A DNA stretch of 64,000 nt from Felis catus (lineage: Eukaryota). The notes beneath the pieces were generated by a model. That model had not been told where the DNA came from. It worked only from the letters and a program-made list of their open reading frames with translations, and ran no database searches. Numbering within the stretch: position 1 is the first letter of the stretch; the number at the start of each line of letters is the position of its first letter. Location: positions 109,556,001-109,620,000 of the forward strand of contig NC_058368.1 of NCBI RefSeq assembly GCF_018350175.1. The letters are read 5' to 3'. The translations under genes were made by a program, and so were the position numbers. Of this stretch, positions 53,274-64,000 are shown piece after piece.

Positions 53274-53754
53274 CTATAAAACAAAATAAAAGTGTACATT
53301 TCATGAGGACAGGCCATCTCACGTGTTTTCCACCCTCTGGTTGTACACCCAGCGCTTAAATCTGGGCCTGCCACACAGCAAGTATTCAATAAATACTGAT
53401 TACATAAATGAGAAGATGAACGATGAAGATATTAATAAGTTCCTAAGTTAGAAATTGGTCTCTTGCAAGTTACAGTTAAGCTTGTCATTTAGCCAGAAAG
53501 TGGGAACACTTTAGTTTAATTCTTAGCCTATATTCAACCCTACTCCACTAAAGAAAGAAGAACAGACTGAATCTTAAAAACTTTCTGACCCAATTAGCTA
53601 AAAATAAAATCTCCCACTAGCTGGTATATGTATACATATGCATGGATAGGACATATACTTACTAAAAGGAACATTCTAAGAGCACATCAGGAAGTACACA
53701 ACAGCAAATGACATACACATATTAACACACATGTAACATGTTTGGGGGACATAC

Positions 53755-53843
53755 TCTCTGTTGCTGGATGGCTTGTGACCTGCTGAATTCTTGTCCTCTG
53801 TTTTGGGTTTCTTGCTGTCATTGGCTCGGTTATCATCTTCATT
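53755..53843 (-). CDS. AFF4: AFF4 coding exon
   Basis: [29 protein letters not shown](E); 89 nt. Confidence 0.93.
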
Positions 53844-54119
53844 CTGGATGAAAAATAGGAAAAAAGCAACTACTACATTTGATTTTTATTCACCTAATTT
53901 CAGTTTCCAGTACAAGTCACCCTCAAATAGTTCATCCCTGGTAAGTTTCAAAAAGAAAAGAAATAAGAAGTGAAAAAATTCATGTAAGCCATGCTAAATA
54001 AACTGAGTTTCAAGGTGGAGAAGTCTCCTATTTAGATAAACAGAGCCCAAATACTGAAATACATTTCCTATAGAGTCTTGAGATGACATCTTTTTATCCT
54101 AATGATTTTGCAGGAAGAA

Positions 54120-54817
54120 TGAAATTATAATTGAGATATAACTCACATACAATAAAATCCACTCTTTAAAACTACACAATTCAATGACTTTTAGTATATT
54201 CACAGAAGTGTACAACCTTACCACAAATAATTCTAGAACATTTTCAACATCTCAAAGACCCCTCTACCCTATAGCAGGCATTCCCCCCATTCCCTTCACT
54301 CCCAGACTCTAATAATCGATGATCTATGTATTTCATCTTTATAGATTTGCCTATTCTAGACATTTTATATAAATGGAATCATATATGTGGTCTTTTGTGT
54401 CTGCCTCCTGTCACTTAGTATATTTTTAAAGTTCATCCATGCTTTAGCATCTATCAGCACTTCATTTGTTTTCATACCTGAATATACTCCATTGTATGCA
54501 TATACCACATTTTATCTACCCATTCATCACTTAATGGCCATTTGAGTTGTCTCCACTTCTTGGCTAATACAAACAATACTCCTGTGAACATTCAAGTATA
54601 AATTTGGGGGTAGACATGTTTTCTTTTCTCTTGGGTATATACTTAAGTGGAATGGATTGGAATTTTGGGGTCATAAAGTAACACTGGGGTGCCTGGGTGG
54701 CTCAGCCGATTAAGTATCCGACTTCGGCTTGGGTCATGATCTCACATTTCGTGGGTTCAAGCCCCGCGTCGGGCTCTGTACTGACAGTTCAGAGCCTGGA
54801 GTCTGCTTCAGATTCTG

Positions 54818-54865
<48 letters not shown>

Positions 54866-57800
54866 CTCCTCTTCTGCTTGCACTCTGTCTCTCTCTCAAA
54901 AATAAACATTAAAAAATTAAAATTAAAAAAAATTAAGTAACACTACCTTTAACTTTTTGAGGAACTGCTGAAACTGTGTTCCAAAGTGGCTACACATCAT
55001 TTTATATTCCCACCAGCACCATATAAAATTCTAACTCCTCCACATCTCTGCCAATACTTGCTACTGTCCATATTTTTTATTATAGCCAAGCCTGATGATT
55101 TTGAAAGACTCTTTTTGCTAAAACAAAAGCTATTAGCCTATCTATAATTACCAAAGCTACTTTCCTGAGTGATTGTAAATTTTCTTACTGCTTCAAGTAT
55201 CAGGGCCCAAGATTGCAAACATTCTACTGTAACAAAGAAATCTGTTCCCTTACACAAAAGATTGAAAGTGGACACATAAAAACACGAGGGGGCGCCTGGG
55301 TGGTTCAGTTGGTTAAGTGTCCAACTTTGCCTTGGGTCATGATCTCTTGTTTATGAGTTTGAGCCCCAATGTGTGGCTCTCTGTTGTCAGTGTGGAGCCT
55401 GCTTCGTATCCTCTGTCTCTCTCTCTCTGCGCCCCTCCTCCCCTGCTCGCACACATGCTATCTCTCAAAAATAAATGAACATTAAAAACAAGACAAAACC
55501 AGGGGCATCTGGGTGGGTCAGTAGGTTGAGCGGTCAGCTTCAGCCCAGATCATGATCTCACAGCCTAGGAGTTCAAGCCCCGCATGGGGCTCTGTGTTGA
55601 CAGCTCAAGAGCCTGGAGCCTGCTTCGCATTCTGTGTCTCCCTCTCTCTGCCCCTCCCACGCTTGCACTGTGTCTCTCTCTATCAAAAATAAATAAACAT
55701 TAAAAACAAAACAAAACAGGAGCGCCTGGGTGGCTCAGTTGGTTGAGCGGCCGACTTCGGCTCGGGTCATAATCTCGCAGTCCGTGAGTTCGAGCCCCGT
55801 GTCGGGCTCTGTGCTGACAGCTCAGAGCCTGGAGCCTGTTTCAGATTCTGTGTCTCCCTCTCTGATCCTCCCCCGTTCATGCTCTGTCTCTCTCTGTCTC
55901 AAAAATAAATAAACGTTAAAAACAAAAATTAAAAAAAAAAACAAAACCAAACAAAAAAACATGAGAAAAATAATCTAAATCCATCATTACTCTTAGCTGG
56001 GACTCCTCTCAGTACCATCTGATTTATCTTCAGAAACTACCCCTGACAATTTTACCAAAGTCAGGACACACAAAAAACCATTACTAAGTTTCCTAACTTG
56101 ATTCTGATTTTATAAAATCAAAATCTGACTTACAGGTATTGATATAAAAAAACTTGGGGGGGCTCCCAGGTGGCTCAGTCAGCATCTGACTTCTGACTTC
56201 AGCTCAGGTTATGATCTCAGGGTCATGAGATTGAGCCTCGTGTTGGGCTATGTGCTGAGCATGAAGCCTGCTTAAGACGCTCTCCCCCTCTCTCTGCCCC
56301 TCCCCTGCTCTCTTAAAAAAAAAACAACCAAAAAACCAAAACTTGGGAGGAATATAACATGCCAATGAGATGTGGGGAAGGGGAGGAGTATGGAGAATTT
56401 CTTTTAGAAGAAGGGGATTTTGGGGCGCCTGGGTGGTGCAGTCGGTTAAGCGTCCGACTTCAGCCAGGTCACGATCTCGCGGTCCGTGAGTTCGAGCCCC
56501 GCGTCGGGCTCTGGGCTGATGGCTCAGAGCCTGGAGCCTGTTTCCGATTCTGTGTCTCCCTCTCTCTCTGCCCCTCGCCCGTTCATGCTCTGTCTCTCTC
56601 TGTCCCAAAAATAAATAAACGTTGAAAAAAAAAAATTTAGAAGAAGGGGATTTTGTTGTAAGTTATATATTGTAGAATTTCAAACAAGAGTAAAAAGGAC
56701 ATTACATATTCTATCTCTATATTATATCAAATCTCATAACATGTAATACTTTTTAAGCATAAAAGGACCATTTTTTAGTTCCATAAGAAGCACCTTAGTC
56801 TCCTAAAGAGCAGAGTCCATCATTTATTTATAAGCTCTTATTTCATGTAATTCTATGAATTAAATCCCAAGTCCAGCAATCTGAGGTTGCAGCTCTACAG
56901 GGGCAGCAGCCCTAAACTTACTGGTCTAAAAAGCTTCCCTATACTACAATAATGGAAACTCATTAGCTACAACACTGAAAACAGTAAGCTTCATTTTTCT
57001 AGAAATTCATATTTTTATAAATCATATATTTTTGAAGATTAAAAAAAGGGTATTATTCTAGTTTGTCCAAATATGTATCATCATCTGCACTTCTGTACCG
57101 TGGTTTTAAGAAAAAAAAACAGAGGAAAAACCTCCAGTTCACTCATTTTAAAAAATGCTTTATTCTTTCTATCCTCTGATGTGAGACTGCCACGGTCAAC
57201 TGGGATTGGGGTTTTGCTCTGAGTCTACCTGGTAGACTGGGTGGCTCTACCTGAGCCTGGGTGGCTCAGTCAGTTGAGCGTCTGACTTTGGCTCAGGTCA
57301 TGATCTCACTGTTTGTGGGCTCCAGCCCCGTGTGGGGCTCTGTGCTGACAGCTGAGAGCCTGGAACCTACTTCCAATACTGTGTCTCCCTCTCTCTGTCC
57401 CTCCCTCCCTCTCTCTCTCAAAAATAAATAAACATTCAAAAGAAATTTTTTTAATATAAATCATTAAGATTTTCTTTCCTCTAAAAATGTCTCACTAGAC
57501 CTGAAAGATCAAGTTGGTTTTTTCCCCAAAGAATCTGTCTATACTCATAAGTTGTTCAGCTCTTTTCATTACATGTCATTATCCTCCAATCAAAGACATC
57601 TGTGAGTTTTCACATTTCCTCAGTTTAAAAAGGCTGACATTATATACTCAGCATCATCTCTAAATCCAAATTATCACAAAAGACTTTAAGGACAAGAGTT
57701 GGCCATGTGCCAGCAGATGTGCTTAGTTTTAAACCTGCAGACATGGGTGGTCGAAAAGGAAAAAAAAAAAGCTGGGGCACAGGTATGTACAGAGGATTGG

Positions 57801-58103
57801 TGAAATTCTTAAGAATTTGTCCAAAATTGATGAGCCCATTTTTTATCTGGAATTAGTAAAGAGTGTGACTTGGTCTGGGTCTAACAGAATGTGACAGCCT
57901 GGGGGCACCTGGATGGCTCAGTTGGTTAAGCGTCCAACTTCTGCTCAAGTCATGATCTCGTGGTTTGGGAGTTTGGGCTCTGCTTCGGGCTCTGTGTGGA
58001 CAGCTCAGAGCCGGGAGCCTGCTTCAGATTCTGTGTCTCCCTCTCTCTCTACCCCTCCCCTGCTCTCTTTCTCTCTCAAATATACATAAACATTAAAAAA
58101 AAA
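54120..58103. repeat. Repeat-rich AFF4 intron: old L1 3' fragment (~54120-55095, minus) and eight plus-strand Can-SINEs (~54686, 55288, 55502, 55718, 56156, 56422, 57256, 57901)
   Basis: SINE heads GGGGCGCCTGGGTGGC-like at each position; the 56422 copy is young, with TSD TTTAGAAGAAGGGGATTTT. Confidence 0.85.
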
Positions 58104-58457
58104 ATTTTTTTTAAAGAGAACGTGACAACCTGGAAAATATATATCCCAACTAAAGACATTTAAAATCAAAATTTTAACAATGTTGTGAAGGCCTGTTTGC
58201 AATCCCTGCTTCACTCTCAACTATACGCAGACCAGTACATACTCTGAACAGAAGCACTGGCTCATTTCTTACTTGATCAGAAACTATCCTGCTTCATTAA
58301 AGGAGCCAGGCAGAGGCACAGTGGTCCTGAAGGACTGTCCTGTCTGTAGTTTCACTTGCGTCTTGGGCTTCCCCTCTATTTTCTCTCACAGCTATAACTC
58401 AACTAGGTATTTTCTGGCTTACCGAGATTTCCACTGCATTTCAGGTTCTGATGTTTA

Positions 58458-59558
<1,101 letters not shown>

Positions 59559-59721
59559 TTAAACATTAAAGATTCCTGTCAGGAACCCAACTTCAAAGAT
59601 AAAATTCCTAATCTAGACCAAACATTTATTCAAGTAACAAGGACACTGAAGTATCGAAGGTTCCTCCAAGATACACAGTTCAATTTCTTAACCTTCTTTC
59701 CTTCACTTTTTATATCTGACT

Positions 59722-59931
59722 CTTTTTTTTTTTTTTTTTTTGAAAGACAGAGGGCACAAGTAAGCAAGGGGCTGAGAGAGAGAGAGGGGACGGGGCGGGG
59801 GGGGGGAGGGAGAGGTTGGGCTCACTCGAAGTAGGGCTGGAGCTCACCTGATACAGGACTTGAACTGAGAAACCCTGAGATCATAACGTGACCTAAAGTC
59901 AAATCCTTAATGACTGAGCCACCCAGTGGCC
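59722..59931 (-). mobile_element. Can-SINE (diverged)
   Basis: T tail, GA/G tract, reverse SINE head. Confidence 0.75.
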
Positions 59932-59975
59932 AAATCTAGCCACCTAGATTTGAATCAAGTCTTAAATGGCCATCA

Positions 59976-60275
<300 letters not shown>

Positions 60276-60528
60276 TTATAAAATGTTTACTGTTATACTG
60301 TTACAATTCTATGAATCCAGAACTTTATTTATAAATGAAATAAATACTTCATAAAAAGTTTCTAATATGCTGCTCAGCCACTGGTACTTACCTTTTAGAA
60401 ACGGTTTTCTTGAGGTATGATTTACATACCACAGAATTCATTCATGTTAAGTTTACAATCTGATGATATTTAGTTAATTTACACGATTGTACAATCACCA
60501 CCACAGTAATATTTACTGTGTAAGGTCA

Positions 60529-60748
60529 ATTTTTTTTTTAATGTTTATTTATTTTTGAGAGAGACAGAGAGGGAGAGCGTGAGCAGGGGAGGGACAGAGA
60601 GAGAGGGAGACACAGAATCTGAAGCAAGCTCCAGGCTCTGAGCTGTCAGCACAGAGCTGGACACGGGGTTCCAACTCATGAACTGTGAGCCGAGCTCATG
60701 ACCTGAGCCGAAGTCAGTCGCTTACCTGACTGAGCCACCCAGGTGCCC
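60529..60748 (-). mobile_element. Can-SINE
   Basis: Reverse body; TGTAAGGTCAATT duplicated. Confidence 0.88.
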
Positions 60749-60831
60749 ATGTAAGGTCAATTACTATAACACTACAATTCTATCAGGTAATTCCCACCTC
60801 TACAAATAAAACAAAATAAAAGGATACATAC

Positions 60832-60869
60832 CTTCCTGGTGTACTCCTTGGCATTGTCTTATCACAATC
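60832..60869 (-). CDS. AFF4: AFF4 small coding exon
   Basis: DCDKTMPRSTPG(S); 38 nt; TAG| and |GTATGT boundaries. Confidence 0.92.
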
Positions 60870-61311
60870 CTAAAAGTAAAACGAGAGGAAATCTGTGAAT
60901 GAATAAACAACACTCTATCTGCTTAATGTGAACAATATTTGAACTCTTAACAGGAACACTAGCAGTTCTAATGTATGCATCAATGTTTACCTAACATTTA
61001 GGACATAATGTTTTTACCTAAAGAATAACTAATTACCGGGCTAAGATGAAAAGATTTGTTAATAGTTCTTGTCAACAATCTTATGCTTCATGAGGAAGTT
61101 CTGATCCACCGTAACTATTAAAGAAGAGCCAATTAAAAAAAATGGAGATTTAAAGACAGAGCAGAAAAACAACATTACACTGTCAGAAAGCAGTAAGGAA
61201 CTTCTTTTAAATAAATGGCTCATAAATATATCATTCAACCATAATTCTTATAAAATACAATGAAAACACACAGTGTATGAAACTGGCAAACTCATAAAGC
61301 AGTAGACATAC

Positions 61312-61366
61312 CTGCTCCCCATCGCTGTCTTCACTGCTGCTTAGTTTTAAGTCATCTTTTAACATA
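61312..61366 (-). CDS. AFF4: AFF4 small coding exon
   Basis: (S)MLKDDLKLSSSEDSDGEQ, a motif conserved across the AFF family; 55 nt. Confidence 0.94.
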
Positions 61367-62098
61367 CTAAAGGGAAAATGCAGAAAGAATTAGTATTTTT
61401 GTAACAGTTTATCATGGCACACCAGAGTATTAAATATTTACTAATCATTCTAGAAATAATCACTGTGGTAGCCAAAGATTTAATTAAAAAACAAAGAAAA
61501 GAACCAGTAAATTTTACTCTGTTTTGGTTCACATCCAGAGTACAAAGTGAGAAAAGTAGGAATTTAACATTTTCACAAGCTCTCACTTTTCCATAAGTAA
61601 AATGCATATCCTTCTTTTCTAATTAAATAAACCACATTCTACAACTTCTCTCTACTTGTTTTCTCTATTTTTCTCTAATTACATACACACACACTCATTC
61701 ATATTAAATCAAATTACCATACTCATACTCAACAGTCCACTAGAGAGATATAACTCCTAAAAAGAAGGAAGATAAAATGAAAATATCACCAATTCTCTTT
61801 CACTGTCCCTCATGTATCACAAAGAGATTCATACAACTAGGTAACTGTGAAAACCAGAACACTAAATCAAAGTGCTAGTTCATAAATGTCTTGCTATGAA
61901 AGAAGAATGCCCTCTGGAAAAGTAACAATTTTGGATAAAAACCTTACCTGTAAAATAGAAATGACAGTGTATGAATTAAAAACAAATTCCAGGTTCCAAA
62001 CCCTCCTTCATCAAAATTCAAATCAATTAAAAAAACATGAACTGACAATTTCTGAAATTCACTTTTCAAAGTAAAATTACAAATTTAAAATTGCCTAG

Positions 62099-62297
62099 AG
62101 GCTCCTGGGTGGCTCAGTTAACCATCCGACTTTGGCTCAGGTCGTGATCTCACATTTGTGGGTTCGAGCCCTGCAGTAGGCTCTGTGCTAACAGCTCAGA
62201 GCCTGGAGCCTGCTTCGGATTCTGCGTGTGTCTCTCTCTCACCCTCCCCTGCCTGCACTCTGTTTCTCTCTCTCTCTCTCAAAAATAAACATTAAAA
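62099..62297 (+). mobile_element. Can-SINE
   Basis: Full SINE body. Confidence 0.85.
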
Positions 62298-63419
62298 TTT
62301 TTTTTTCCTTAAGGCCAAAAAATCATAATTAAAATTAAAAATCTGAGTAATGACCCACAAAACACTCCTTGCCTTTTTACAGAAGAGCAAAAATTAATAC
62401 AAAGCTTAGGGAAAACTACGACTAGAAAAATGTTTAATATCTCATTACCAGCAGTTCCATTACCTTTCTTCTTAAAATTTCATGACACTCTCCAATCAGT
62501 GGGAAGGAAATCTTCTTTCACTTCAGCAACTATTAATACTTTCCCCTCAAAAACTTCACCTGAGTTTCTAAATCTGACCCCAAATTCAGATTATCATATA
62601 AGAGATCACCTTGAAACAAAGTACCCAGATAATTACAGAATTATGAAAAATGTTTTAAGGCTGGCCTGGTTAAGCGGGACAGAAAAAAAGAGTTTTCTTT
62701 TGGACAAGGGCTTGGTGCATGTCTATGAATGACATCCTATAAGGAAATGTACTTGCTCTGAATTCTCTCAGCCCTTATGATTTAATAATGGCAGCTCAAT
62801 GAACCTGCTCACACATGCGGATATGTCAAAGCTTTTACCAGACTGCTCAAGGTCCTGCATGCTTTCGCTCTCTCAGCAACAAGTAATACACACATATATG
62901 GTAGGCCCTTATCAATTCTTTGCATATGAATAAGTATGATAAATATGAATATAATTTGAATTCTTTAACAGTGAGGGGGACTTGTTGCATTTCACATAAG
63001 TTATTCTCACTCAGTTCTTCCCCTGTTCAGCTGAAGAGGCTGAGGTTATGAAGACTGTATGTTGTAGTTTAGAAAGCTAGCACTGTGGCCACCATTTCTT
63101 TAGAATTTTGTTTTAATCATGGAGTTAACTTGTGGTCTCAGGAATTCAGGAGTTCACTTTTGAAGCTGGAATTTATTATCACCCAATATACTAGCCTGAT
63201 TACATTTTGATATATATTCCTGGTTCTACTAAAGAAGTAGGAAAACAAATATAGTACAAACTATGCTGATTTAATATTCTACATATAGCAGTTAAATGGA
63301 GGGCTTATGAAGAAGAATCCTGTATTTTTTGGTCTTCTTTATTAAAAACTATCAACCTACACACAAACACAAATACACACATCTCTAAGAGATGAGAAAA
63401 ATCTGTAATCTCAGAGGAG

Positions 63420-63622
63420 GGGAAGGCAAACTATGGCCCACAAGTCAAATAAAGACTACTACTTGTTTTGTAAAAAAGTTTTATTGGAACACAACGACAC
63501 TCAGAGTCTATATTTGCTTTCATGCCACAATGGCAGAGCTGGTTGGGACAAAAGCCATCTAGCCCCTAAATCCTAAAATAATTCACTATCTGGCCCTTTA
63601 CATAAACATTTGCATACCCCTT
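63420..63622. mobile_element. hAT-Charlie MER58-like DNA transposon relic
   Basis: GGCAAACTATGGCCC...AAAGTTTTATTGGAACAC...CTATCTGGCCCTTTAC...ACCCCT; a shorter similar relic lies at ~27915-28032. Confidence 0.65.
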
Positions 63623-63721
63623 CCTTAAAAGATTAAGGACACATTTCTAAGTGTTCTGGTATGCAGACACTACACATAGACTTTTAGCAAAACGGATAAA
63701 CTTATTAAGCAATAAACTTAC

Positions 63722-63770
63722 GATTTAGACTGGTGTCCATTTGAAGTTTTAGAAGAAGGATTGTATCTTT
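63722..63770 (-). CDS. AFF4: AFF4 small coding exon (most 5' exon in window; gene continues to the right)
   Basis: (x)RYNPSSKTSNGHQSK(S); acceptor TTTGTTCTAG, donor TC|GTAAGT; phase 2 joins the next exon. Confidence 0.92.
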
Positions 63771-64000
63771 CTAGAACAAAGAGAATGCAGAAATTAGCAA
63801 CTACAGTGTGGCTATTTAGATTGTAAAATATGTATCAGTATACCTTCAAAGAAATGTAAATCAAAACATTTAGAATTCTTCCTCCACCAAACTGGCAACA
63901 CTTTAGAGTCCAATAATACAAGATACTGGTGGAAACAGGTAAGCTCCAATGCTGCTTGTCCAACTATAAACCCATACAATCTTTTTGGCAGGCAATCTGG

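Noticed and set aside
55288..55950. Regularly spaced ~215-bp repeats resembling an array
   Set aside because: Stacked SINE copies; not CRISPR or a satellite.

Overview
Mammalian genomic DNA, most likely a felid, judged from the roughly 45-50 carnivore tRNA-derived Can-SINEs of SINEC_Fc type and a young carnivore-type L1 3' end. The window is the block syntenic with human 5q31.1. It holds a CpG island at the left edge (probably the SHROOM1 5' end, by synteny only) and about 20 kb of repeat-rich intergenic DNA. Next come the complete GDF9 gene (minus, 2 coding exons, 452 aa), UQCRQ (plus, 82 aa) head-to-head with it across a CpG island, and LEAP2 (plus, 3 exons, 77 aa). The last 15 coding exons and the ~5.7 kb 3' UTR of AFF4 (minus) follow, converging tail-to-tail with LEAP2. 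All coding exons were assembled by hand with GT-AG junctions and consistent phases. I found no new gene family or novel system. The best leads are regulatory or RNA-processing features: a 330-nt phase-symmetric AFF4 exon pair flanked by oppositely oriented SINE arrays (circRNA architecture), a YAG|GTAAG recursive-splice-like motif in an AFF4 intron, a repeated FOXA-HNF4 module upstream of LEAP2, and substitutions in mature LEAP2 and GDF9 relative to human as recalled.
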